DNA of 64,000 nt from an uncultured candidate division Zixibacteria bacterium (GTDB lineage: Bacteria > Zixibacteria > MSB-5A5 > GN15 > FEB-12), in assembly GCA_963664195.1 (NCBI GenBank), contig OY760907.1, positions 3,168,001 through 3,232,000 on the forward strand. The letters are read 5' to 3'. A program made the position numbers and the translations under genes. Shown here in pieces: positions 1 through 8,786 of this stretch (positions are counted from its first letter, which is position 1; the number at the start of each line of letters is the position of its first letter). The notes below the pieces were generated by a model that saw nothing but the letters and a program-made list of their open reading frames with translations, ran no database searches and was not told the DNA's origin.

Positions 1-280
1 CCCAGCCGCAGAAGAATCGCCCTATGAATATAGTCGGTATGAGTATCACCAGTGACCACAGCAAACCTTTGTAGATCGAACCCGTGGTCAGGAGTGTCAT
101 CAGTGCCACCAGCGGGTCAAACTCGAGCGCAACAGAAACCGGATACGGGAGGATGATTGCACCGGCGTCGCTCGGACTGAAATCGACCTCAAACGTCGTT
201 TTGAGAATTAGCCAGAAGAACACGAAGAAGAAGACGGTTTGAGAAACGCGCCGGAGATTTCTGGCAGTTCTGACGGTCAT
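1..280 (-). CDS. 4Fe-4S binding membrane protein (NapH/MauN-like), 3' end beyond the window edge
   Basis: Not in the ORF track. My translation from ATG at 280: MTVRTARNLRRVSQTVFFFVFFWL...DPLVAL...GRFFCGW. The start overlaps the upstream stop (ATGA). Confidence 0.8.
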   Translation of the reverse strand, partial: MTVRTARNLRRVSQTVFFFVFFWLILKTTFEVDFSPSDAGAIILPYPVSVALEFDPLVALMTLLTTGSIYKGLLWSLVILIPTIFIGRFFCGW

Positions 281-1233
281 GAAATAATCTCTTTGTAGCC
301 GATTGATTCGTAATCCACTTTCCCAAGTCCGGATGCCTGCGCCAACGCGATATGGCTCACCAGATCGCCGCTCAGTCCGAGGAATTCACAGGCGCGGGCG
401 TCGAGCGCCACCTGATCAATGGAACAAATCACTGTGTTCTCGATAGTCACATCGTCGAGCGATCCGCCCTGCGGGCCACCCCGGTGCAATACGCGAGTGG
501 CATCGGCAATCGTCAGTGTGGGGCGACAGAACGAGGCGAGATCGACAATGGATTGATCTATCTGCTGATGTAGTTGGTTCCGTCGGCCGCCGAGAATACC
601 GTATAGGTTTTTCATTCCCACAGTGCAGGTTGAGAGTGAGTGCTGTTTGACGATCGGCATGTTTATCATGCGGTCGGTTTCGACGAAGTACTTCAACACG
701 GGCCAGGAAGTGAGCAACTTTCCGCCCATGTCAACTTTGATGTAGTCCTGCTCGACAGGGAGAATGACCTCGGCACCAGCTTTTTCCGCGGCTTCGCGGA
801 TTCCGGAGCGAAGGAAACAGCGCCTGGGGTCGTTGCAGGTCACGTCGGTAACGATGACCTTTGATGCTCCTGCTTGATAGCAGAGCCGGACCATCTCGCC
901 TACGAGAATCGGATTGGTATTGGCTGCCTGTTCGGGTGCGCGATCCCAGCCGACATTTGGTTTGACCGTAACTTTTTCGCCGGGCTTGACGAAGCGTTTT
1001 ATACCGCCGATTGCGTCCAGAGCTGAGTTCAAGGCTGCGACCGGATCGTCCTGTCGGGCAAGCGTGATTCCCGGAAGTGACTTGTCCGGCGCGGCTTCAA
1101 AAGAAGTATTCCTTTCCAGCACTGAGCTGTGGCCGGTTGAATTGCGATTATGGAAGAACAGACCGGTGGCACTCGTGACGGTGGCCAGGGCAAGCGCTTT
1201 GCCACCCTGCTTGAGGAATTCTCTTCGTTTCAT
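277..1233 (-). CDS. DUF362 domain protein with Tat signal peptide
   Basis: MKRREFLK twin-arginine motif; VKPNVGWDR, NTNP, KQH and GMKNLYG motifs typical of DUF362. Confidence 0.85.
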   Translation of the reverse strand: MKRREFLKQGGKALALATVTSATGLFFHNRNSTGHSSVLERNTSFEAAPDKSLPGITLARQDDPVAALNSALDAIGGIKRFVKPGEKVTVKPNVGWDRAPEQAANTNPILVGEMVRLCYQAGASKVIVTDVTCNDPRRCFLRSGIREAAEKAGAEVILPVEQDYIKVDMGGKLLTSWPVLKYFVETDRMINMPIVKQHSLSTCTVGMKNLYGILGGRRNQLHQQIDQSIVDLASFCRPTLTIADATRVLHRGGPQGGSLDDVTIENTVICSIDQVALDARACEFLGLSGDLVSHIALAQASGLGKVDYESIGYKEIIS

Positions 1234-1308
1234 ATATGTGTCCGTGCGGTTGGATTGCTATTCGGAAACATAGTGCGACACAACGGGAAACGCAACATTG
1301 TTTGTCCG
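1212..1308. repeat. 97-bp direct repeat, copy 1
   Basis: TGAGGAATTCTC...TTTGTCCG, identical to 2394-2490. Confidence 0.97.
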
Positions 1309-1390
1309 GAAGTGGGGATATCTCGGGGGCGTTTGCATGCTGGAAGGGTCCTCATGGTTGGATACGATACTGACGCGACGAAGATCGTGC

Positions 1391-1419
1391 TTGAAGCTAG
1401 CCAGTTAAGATGCTATGCT
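1391..1419 (+). promoter_or_regulatory. putative sigma70 promoter of the inserted ORF
   Basis: TTGAAG-N17-TATGCT with TG extension. Confidence 0.45.
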
Positions 1420-1462
1420 GAGTCAATCGTGTTACTGATACTACTTGAGACGGGTACCTATT

Positions 1463-2353
1463 ATGATGTTCTCCACGCCTAATGATGAACCGATGCCAGA
1501 GGATCAGCAGACTCCACCTAAAAGTGATGGACTGTGGACGAGATTCGTCGGTGTATGTAATCGAAACAAGCCTGCTATCGAAGTCATATCGCTTGTTGTC
1601 GGAATTCTCGTGGCTTGCTTGTCTCTATGGTATCTGAGTTACCAAATAGGGAATATTGCCGAGCAGAACCAGAATAGTGAAAAGAGAGCCTCGGCGCTTG
1701 CCAATCAGACGCAGGCAGTTGTCAATCAGTCGAAAGCCGTCATCGAACAGACAGAACAGAACAGAGCATCGGCAGCAGAGCAGATAGATGCAATCTTCAA
1801 GCAGAACCTCTTGCTTTCTGGGCAAGCTCAAGCCCTGTGGTACGCGACTCGTCCTGCTATCAAGATTCTCCCCATAGCTCCAGATGCAGATATCCGGCCA
1901 TTTGACGGCGTGTCAATGGTACAGATAGGGTATGACCCGGATTCTTACAGCAGGGATTCTGATACAGCGAACAAATTCAACATGTACTATACACTTGAGA
2001 ACGTCGGGAGGTCCCCTGCACTACTCGATTCCATAAAATACGAAGTAGTAAACCAGAGTTACACGGCCTTCCCAATGCAAGGCTTGTACAGTTTGGTCCT
2101 AGTGCAAACTGACAGGGTGGTACAGCGCGTCCCTATAGTGTTTTCGAAGGAAGACACGACGCTCCTGCAGATTGGTGTTTACTACAGATTCGAAATGACA
2201 ACCCCTGTAACAACACCGTTTCCTCCGTTGGTCAAGAGCTTTAACATAGTGTTCACGGATGATAAATGGCGGGTTGGGGTGTTGCCAATCGAAGAGTTCG
2301 ATAGACTGGTCTTACGGTTCAAGAACGCGGCACTAAAGACCGAGGGTCAGTGA
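1463..2353 (+). CDS. hypothetical single-pass membrane protein with coiled-coil segment
   Basis: Long ORF with one hydrophobic helix (VISLVVGILVACLSLWYL) then a Q/N/A-rich heptad region; lies between the 97-bp repeats; start uncertain (1463 or 1493). Confidence 0.7.
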   Translation: MMFSTPNDEPMPEDQQTPPKSDGLWTRFVGVCNRNKPAIEVISLVVGILVACLSLWYLSYQIGNIAEQNQNSEKRASALANQTQAVVNQSKAVIEQTEQNRASAAEQIDAIFKQNLLLSGQAQALWYATRPAIKILPIAPDADIRPFDGVSMVQIGYDPDSYSRDSDTANKFNMYYTLENVGRSPALLDSIKYEVVNQSYTAFPMQGLYSLVLVQTDRVVQRVPIVFSKEDTTLLQIGVYYRFEMTTPVTTPFPPLVKSFNIVFTDDKWRVGVLPIEEFDRLVLRFKNAALKTEGQ

Positions 2354-2393
2354 GGGCTTAGATTCTTGTCATACTGGGATCCAGAGTAACTAA

Positions 2394-2490
2394 TGAGGAA
2401 TTCTCTTCGTTTCATATATGTGTCCGTGCGGTTGGATTGCTATTCGGAAACATAGTGCGACACAACGGGAAACGCAACATTGTTTGTCCG
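2394..2490. repeat. 97-bp direct repeat, copy 2
   Basis: Identical to 1212-1308. Confidence 0.97.
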
Positions 2491-2531
2491 TTTGTCGTGA
2501 CTATACTCTATCTTGAATAGAATTCGATGGC

Positions 2532-5500
2532 TCAGGAATTCTGAGCCACTGACACGGATTGTCTGGCGGTATCTAGTTCGGTTCGTATTGCCTGAGCAAT
2601 CGACTTGAGGGTTACCGGCTTTTTCACGAAGGCTCCCGCGCCAAGTTCGATAGCGGCACTGACACGGTCGCTCTCGGCGTAGCCGGATACGATAATGGCC
2701 TTCTGCTCGGGGTTGGTCGTCAGGATGTTTCGATAGGTATCGACCCCGTCCATTCCGGGCATGATCATATCCAGGATCAGAATATCCGGAGTACTCTGAG
2801 CGACCATTGCGATAGCCCGTTCTCCGCTCTCGGCGACTCGTACGTTATAGCCGAGCTTCTTCAGAAGCATCTTTGTAACTTCCCCCTGGGGTCCATCGTC
2901 GTCAATGATCAGGACGCTCTCAGTGCCTCCCGTCAACTGCACGCGGCTCTCCCCGGTGAGTTTCTCGTCAGTGACGGGGAAGTAGAGATGGAAGGAAGTC
3001 CCTTCATCCAGCGCGGTTTCACACTCTATCATACCGCCGTGATCTTCCATTACTGCGTGGACGATACTCAGTCCGAGTCCGGACCCACGTTTGCGATCTG
3101 CTGATTTGGTGCTGAAGAACGGATCGAACATGTGGGATATTGTCTCTGATGACATGCCCGGACCGTTGTCGGCGACAGTGAGGCGGACGAATTGTCCCGG
3201 GAGAGGGATGCCTTGTTCCAGGGTGACGTTTTCCGTTTGGATTCGCACCTTCCCGTCCCTTGATACCACGTCATGAGCGTTCGTGAGCAAGTTGTTGATT
3301 ACGCGCATGATCTGGGCGCGACCGCCGCGTGCGAGAAGCAGGTCGGGATGCAATTCGGTGCTTATGGACACACCAGTGTTTGTGGGGTCGATTGCCATAA
3401 CGGCCTGCTCAACGACTTCGTTCAAGTTCACTGGCTCCATATTGTAATGGCCGCGTCGGCCCAGCGTCAGGAGCTGCTGGTTGATCTCAGATATCTGGCT
3501 GGCGGCAGCTTCCATGCTGGCCAGCATGGGCAGCACGGAATGATTCTCAGGAAGGTCAAGCCGGATCAACTCAGGGAAGGCCACCAGCGGACCGAGCAAG
3601 TTATTGAAGTCGTGAGCCACCTGACCGGCGACTCGTCCCGCGGTCTCAAGTCTCTGTGCCTGTTCGGCGAATTCTCGCAGTTTGCGAATCTCGGTAACGT
3701 CGTGAACAGCGCCGAACATGCGGACGGGCTTGCCGTCCACAACTTCCAGTTCGTTCATGACTTCTGCAATCCGCACACTTCCATCCTTGCGGATCAGGCG
3801 ACACTCGAATGTACTCGATCCATGACGCTCTCGCAGAATGCGGTATTCTTCTTCAACGCGCTCCCAGTCGTCGGGGTGCGTGGTCACACGCACTCTTTCG
3901 GATGCAAGGGCCGGCAATTCATCGGCACTGTAACCGACGATTCGCAGAAGTTCGTCCGACCACCTTATGGTATCAGTGATAAGATCGTAATCGAAACTTC
4001 CCATGTGGGCTGTTGCCTGGGCACGGGCGAGGTGATGCCTGCTTTGCTGAAGGTCCTTTTCGATCTGTTTGCGTTCCGTTATATTCTGGGCGAACAGAAC
4101 GACACTACTGACTGATCCGGTCGCGTTTTCGACAGGTCGGCATATACAAAAGTACGTGTTTCCGTCACGGCAGTCTTCCCATGAGGCTCTTTTTCCGGTT
4201 TTAATTACATCGATCAGGATGTTCTCTCTCGATGCTGCAAGCTCGGCAGGGAAATGTGAGAATATGACTGTTCCGACAAGCTCCTCGGGTGTTGTATTGA
4301 GTCTTTCGGCGCCGGTCATGTTTGTCGCCAGAACAATACCGTTGGAGTCGATCATCATGAACGTTTCCTGCGTAGTATCAATGAGTGCGCGTGCCGTTTC
4401 CTCGCTGCGTCTGAGTTGCATTTCTCTCTCGAATCGTTGAGAGATGTCTCTGAAGACGACGACGACTCCCAATACTTCGCCGTCGTGGTCACGAATCGGT
4501 GCGCCGCTGGGGGAGATATGCTTGCGCGTACCATCTCGAGCAATCAGAGTCGATTCGCTGTTGAGGAACACTTTGTCGTCGGTCGGGTTTAGGGCTTCCT
4601 CGACGACAAAGATATCGGTCAGGGGCCTGCCTGCGGCCTCGGATGCCGTCCAGCCGGTAAGCTCTTGGGCGATAGGGTTGATCCCGATTATGAAGCCGTC
4701 CCGGTCCGTGCGAATAACGGCTTCACCTATGCTGTTGATAGTCACAAGAAGTTCATCGCGACTCATCTGGAGTTCAGAGAGCTTTCCGGTCAGGGTGGAG
4801 CAAAGAGTGTTGAAGCTATTGGAGAGGGACTCAAGCTCGGGGCTGCCGCGTTCGTCAACATGCTGGTCGAGATCGCCAAGAGCGATGCGTTCGGCCACGG
4901 ATGTGATGCGAGTCAGCGGGCGAGCCACTATCTCGGCCACCAGAAGACTGGCCGCAACGCCGATCAGCATCATGACCAGACCAACAAGTACAGAGTTCTT
5001 GAGGACACCTTCCAATTGTGCGCGAACGGCATCCGTGTGCACACTGGCACCATACAAAACGGGACGATTCTGACCGTCAGTCGCCGGTAGAATGGCCGTG
5101 CGGGAACTGCCGAGTTCGTCGATCTTGTCTATCACCCTGGTAGTCCCCGTGCGGGATATCTCGAAATACACATCTATTCCATTCCGGAATGCAGTGAACA
5201 GTGGTACGGCTGGATGGTCCGGATTGAGTTCCGGAAGAGAAGAAGTAGATGTGATAACCCCCTGGCTGTCCAGTAGCAGCATGCTGCCGACCGACTCCAG
5301 ATCATAGGCAGTGCACAGAGAGTCCAGTTGATTGACAATGACCATATATCCCGGTTCGCCCAGCGACTCCGCTGGTTCAATAGAGTCATGATACCCCTCG
5401 GGGAGCGTTTTCCGGACCAGATCGGCTGCCAGAATGAGTTTGGTGTCTATGGAGTCGAGGAAAGAGGACTTCTGTCTGTTGTAGAGGATAAAGCTGAAAG

Positions 5501-5561
5501 CGGTTGAGGTGAGTATAACGATCACACTCATTACTATGAGTATGCGGGTTTTGATGCGCAT
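2532..5561 (-). CDS. hybrid sensor histidine kinase (TM, HAMP, multiple PAS, HisKA, HATPase, receiver)
   Basis: AHDFNNLL H-box, DNGPG and GSGLGLS G-boxes, C-terminal receiver (IIDDD, LDMIMP, KP). Confidence 0.93.
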   Translation of the reverse strand: MRIKTRILIVMSVIVILTSTAFSFILYNRQKSSFLDSIDTKLILAADLVRKTLPEGYHDSIEPAESLGEPGYMVIVNQLDSLCTAYDLESVGSMLLLDSQGVITSTSSLPELNPDHPAVPLFTAFRNGIDVYFEISRTGTTRVIDKIDELGSSRTAILPATDGQNRPVLYGASVHTDAVRAQLEGVLKNSVLVGLVMMLIGVAASLLVAEIVARPLTRITSVAERIALGDLDQHVDERGSPELESLSNSFNTLCSTLTGKLSELQMSRDELLVTINSIGEAVIRTDRDGFIIGINPIAQELTGWTASEAAGRPLTDIFVVEEALNPTDDKVFLNSESTLIARDGTRKHISPSGAPIRDHDGEVLGVVVVFRDISQRFEREMQLRRSEETARALIDTTQETFMMIDSNGIVLATNMTGAERLNTTPEELVGTVIFSHFPAELAASRENILIDVIKTGKRASWEDCRDGNTYFCICRPVENATGSVSSVVLFAQNITERKQIEKDLQQSRHHLARAQATAHMGSFDYDLITDTIRWSDELLRIVGYSADELPALASERVRVTTHPDDWERVEEEYRILRERHGSSTFECRLIRKDGSVRIAEVMNELEVVDGKPVRMFGAVHDVTEIRKLREFAEQAQRLETAGRVAGQVAHDFNNLLGPLVAFPELIRLDLPENHSVLPMLASMEAAASQISEINQQLLTLGRRGHYNMEPVNLNEVVEQAVMAIDPTNTGVSISTELHPDLLLARGGRAQIMRVINNLLTNAHDVVSRDGKVRIQTENVTLEQGIPLPGQFVRLTVADNGPGMSSETISHMFDPFFSTKSADRKRGSGLGLSIVHAVMEDHGGMIECETALDEGTSFHLYFPVTDEKLTGESRVQLTGGTESVLIIDDDGPQGEVTKMLLKKLGYNVRVAESGERAIAMVAQSTPDILILDMIMPGMDGVDTYRNILTTNPEQKAIIVSGYAESDRVSAAIELGAGAFVKKPVTLKSIAQAIRTELDTARQSVSVAQNS

Positions 5562-5689
5562 GCAGTAGCTCCGTAGTCCCTTGTGTAGTGCCCAGTACCG
5601 ATACGAGTTCGCTCAGTTCCTGGTGGTACGTGCGTGCGAGGTGTGTTCGGCCATTTGATGATCTACGCTATCGTGCCACTATTACCAGT

Positions 5690-5716
5690 CTATCGGCAGA
5701 AGCGGATAGCATTTAA
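5690..5716 (-). promoter_or_regulatory. possible sigma28-type promoter for the hybrid kinase
   Basis: Minus strand reads TTAA-N15-GCCGATAG. Confidence 0.35.
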
Positions 5717-5899
5717 CCCGTTGTTGTTCAATAGATAGAGATAGTGGAGTGTATCAATCATAACACCTGAATCACGCAGCGTCAATTGTGTGGTTCTCTT
5801 GTTGACACAAACCCATGGAGATCACATCTTGAACGGGCGAGGTCTTTTCGTGGTCCGGTTGTGTATCAGGACAATATTCAAGAAGATGCGAGATAGTCA

Positions 5900-6917
5900 A
5901 TGTCTGCGAACATGTTGGATCGTGCTTTGTGGTACACTGATCCCGGCGCAAAGGATCGGGAATCATACACTCTTTTGTTGCAAGTCTGGCCACGGCGCTG
6001 AAACTGAGCGATGGTGCCGTGGACCCGGTCTGGTTAATGGGCAGCACCGGATTTGCATTCAGACTGTTTGTCAACGAGACAATGTGCCCCAGCGCGATGA
6101 GCGTTTTCGATTGGACGCGAATCCTCCCGGAGTCGGTCCGGCAGATGGGACGGGAATGCAGCTATATCAGTCGGCTCTGGGAAGAAAAGGCGGTGGAAGA
6201 GAGGAGAGACGTCGCGAGGGGCATCAGGCTATTGCAGCCGGGATTGAGCGGGGTGTTCCAGCGGTGGTGTGGGATGTTCATGACACTGAATGGGGTGTCA
6301 TTGTCGGCTATGACGACAACGCGGGCGGTTACAACACTCTGACCTGTGAGGGAAACGCCGGATCGTTGCCTTACGAACTGCTGGGACAGAACGGTGTCGA
6401 TGTGCTCTCTGTAGTGATACCGGGGGATGTGAATCATCGTGATCGCAAGGTTGTGATCAGGAACTCGCTGGAGACGGCTGTACGGCATGCGCGGCAGCAG
6501 GAATGGGCTGACAGGCCGGAGTACCAAAACGGATTGGAGGGATTCGATCTCTGGGCGCTGTTGTTTGAGCGCTGGGGGATGCTCATCGAGACGGGGAATG
6601 CGAGTAATATCGGTGTCGATATTGAGGCTTTCGCGAGATATTACGCCAATCACCACTTCTCGGCCCGTTGCTATGCATGCGACTATCTCAAGACAATCGC
6701 CGATGGAGATGCTCTTTTAGAGGGGGCGGCGCGTCAATACGAAATGGTCGCGGAGTCCCTGAGACCCCTGTGGAAGCAACTGGTTGTGAGCAGGGAAGAG
6801 GCCACTTCAAGTAGCCTTCGTGGCATGTCTGAGCGCATCAGAGAAGCCAAAACGGTGGAGGAAGAAGGGATTCGTCTGATTGAAGCACATCTGGATGAGG
6901 TGCAACCGGATCTGTGA
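5900..6917 (+). pseudogene. hypothetical protein (possibly papain-like/BtrH-like fold) split by two frameshifts
   Basis: Protein-like sequence passes through three frames: MSANMLDRALWYTDPGAKDRESY, then SFVASLATALK...DPVWLMGSTGFAFR...CPSAMSVFDW...RLWEEKAVEE, then ERRREGHQAIAAGIERGVPAVVWD...EWGVIVGYDD to the stop at 6917. Confidence 0.6.
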
Positions 6918-6993
6918 GCCTGCCTAACGGTATGTCGGTCTGCAAGTTAGTAGCATGTGCACGCTTTGCGCAGCAAGAAACGCCTGATTGTGC

Positions 6994-7020
6994 TAAAATT
7001 AACCTTGACTTTGCCGATAA
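6994..7020 (+). promoter_or_regulatory. sigma28 (FliA-type) promoter consensus upstream of the MarR gene
   Basis: TAAA-N15-GCCGATAA, exact consensus. Confidence 0.55.
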
Positions 7021-7025
7021 ATATG

Positions 7026-7039
7026 ATTGTATATGCAAT
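7026..7039. promoter_or_regulatory. putative MarR operator
   Basis: Imperfect palindrome ATTGTATATGCAAT; related GTGTATGTGCAT at 7551-7562 before the efflux genes. Confidence 0.35.
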
Positions 7040-7087
7040 AACAGGCGCGACTGCGGCGTATGGCCCCGGTAGGAGAATGATGATAGC

Positions 7088-7528
7088 ATGAAGAATGACA
7101 CAGTACATGATGAGTTTCTGCGGTCTGTAGCCAGATGCTGGTTGGCGTTCAAGGCAGCAGCTCGTCAGTATTTGAAGGAACAGGGATGGGATCTCACGTT
7201 TGAGCAGGCGGCGACGCTCTCTATGCTGCATAAGGAGGACGGGCAGAATCTGAAGACTATCTCCGAGATGACCGATCGAGATCGGACTACAACCACTAGA
7301 ATGATCGACGGTCTTGAGAAGAGGGACATGGTTGTGAGGGTTCCTGATCAGAACGACAATCGTCAGAAGAGAATTTACCTGACGCATAAGGGCCAGAAGT
7401 ACATGGAAGATCTGCAAGCTCGGACGAGCACGTTCATGGAGATGACCATGGGGCAGGAATCAGAGAAAGATTTGAGCTCTGTCGTGACGGTTTTGGAACG
7501 TGTGGCCGATCATCTGGAGAAGAAGTGA
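7088..7528 (+). CDS. MarR family transcriptional regulator
   Basis: Winged helix signature TTTRMIDGLEKRDMVVR..DNRQKRIYLT. Confidence 0.92.
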   Translation: MKNDTVHDEFLRSVARCWLAFKAAARQYLKEQGWDLTFEQAATLSMLHKEDGQNLKTISEMTDRDRTTTTRMIDGLEKRDMVVRVPDQNDNRQKRIYLTHKGQKYMEDLQARTSTFMEMTMGQESEKDLSSVVTVLERVADHLEKK

Positions 7529-7672
7529 ATGTGTTTTTTTGCAGAAATAGGTGTATGTGCATATAGCGCACACATAAAGAGAGCTTGAAGAGTGTTTTTT
7601 TTAGTGGCTATATGTACCTACAACCAATGTAGCTGCACGATAATATGAAATACAACGCGGAGGATTAGAAAT

Positions 7673-8755
7673 ATGAGAAAAGTGGGTGCGATCTTGCTTG
7701 CAGCGGCTCTCGCCGTGGTGGTTGGTGCCGGGTGCAGCGACAGCGAGTCTGCCGCCAGAAGCATGGAGCAGATTTACGCCGAAGAGGGAGTTCCGGTCAA
7801 GGTGCACGAAGTAACTGCGGAACCCTTCTCAGTGACACTGGAATACAATGCGACTCTCACCGGAATCGAAGAGTCCTCGGAATATGCGATGATAGACGAT
7901 CGAGTCGAAGCGATAACGGTTTCGGTCGGTGATCTCGTTCAGAAAGACTCCGTTCTGGTCACCTTCCCGACCGACAATCCGTCGGCGCGGTACTATCAGG
8001 CGAAAACAGCCTACGAAAACGCCAGGGCCACTTATGCCCGGATGTCCGGCTACTACGAGACCGGAGGGCTATCACTGCAGGAATACCAGGATTGCCGTGC
8101 ACAATTCAGAGTCGCCGAGGCTGATTGGGAGGCCGCCAGTCAGTCGGTGAATGTGAAGGCGCCGATTTCAGGTGTGGTGACGAAACTCAATGTCCGCAAA
8201 TCGGACAATGTGAAGAAGGAGGCCGAGCTGTTGACCGTCTCGCGCACGGACAGCATGAAATGCCATATATGGGTTGCCGAGAAACAAATCAGTCAATTGC
8301 ACAGCGGACAGACAGCCACAGCTACCTGGAACGGCACTGTCCTGGCAGGATCAATTGATCAGGTCGATATGTCGGTCAACAGCGCGCGACAAGCCTTCGG
8401 CGTCATCATCAAATTTGCCAACCCTGAGTTGATTGTGCAGTGCGGAGTGACCGCTCGAGTGCAGGTGGCTACTTACGTCGCCGACAAAACAGTGTTCACC
8501 GAACGGAAGAACGTCTTCACCAAACAGGGCAAGAGCTTTGTCTACGTCGAGGAAGACGGCTTTGCGCAAAAACGTTTTGTGACCCTGGGCAGGACCAGTG
8601 GATTGGACGTGCAGATACTTCAGGGGCTTAACTCCGGCGACAGATTGATCGTCGAGGGGCAACTCCAGTTGGAAGACGGTAGAAAGGTTCGCAATATCGA
8701 AGAGGCGCCGTCGGAAACGACTGTGGCGCAGCTTACGCCCGAGGACCGGCAGTAA
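7673..8755 (+). CDS. RND efflux periplasmic adaptor (membrane fusion lipoprotein)
   Basis: Lipobox-like GAGC, VKAPISGVV, GLNSGDRLIVEG; precedes the RND pump. Confidence 0.9.
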   Translation: MRKVGAILLAAALAVVVGAGCSDSESAARSMEQIYAEEGVPVKVHEVTAEPFSVTLEYNATLTGIEESSEYAMIDDRVEAITVSVGDLVQKDSVLVTFPTDNPSARYYQAKTAYENARATYARMSGYYETGGLSLQEYQDCRAQFRVAEADWEAASQSVNVKAPISGVVTKLNVRKSDNVKKEAELLTVSRTDSMKCHIWVAEKQISQLHSGQTATATWNGTVLAGSIDQVDMSVNSARQAFGVIIKFANPELIVQCGVTARVQVATYVADKTVFTERKNVFTKQGKSFVYVEEDGFAQKRFVTLGRTSGLDVQILQGLNSGDRLIVEGQLQLEDGRKVRNIEEAPSETTVAQLTPEDRQ

Positions 8756-8786
8756 CCAGACGACAGCTTTGAGAGGTTAGCGTACG

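Noticed and set aside
5938..5965. TGA at 5938 followed by a weak hairpin as another Sec site
   Set aside because: No redox motif, no GGTCT-type loop, and a frameshift explains the region better.
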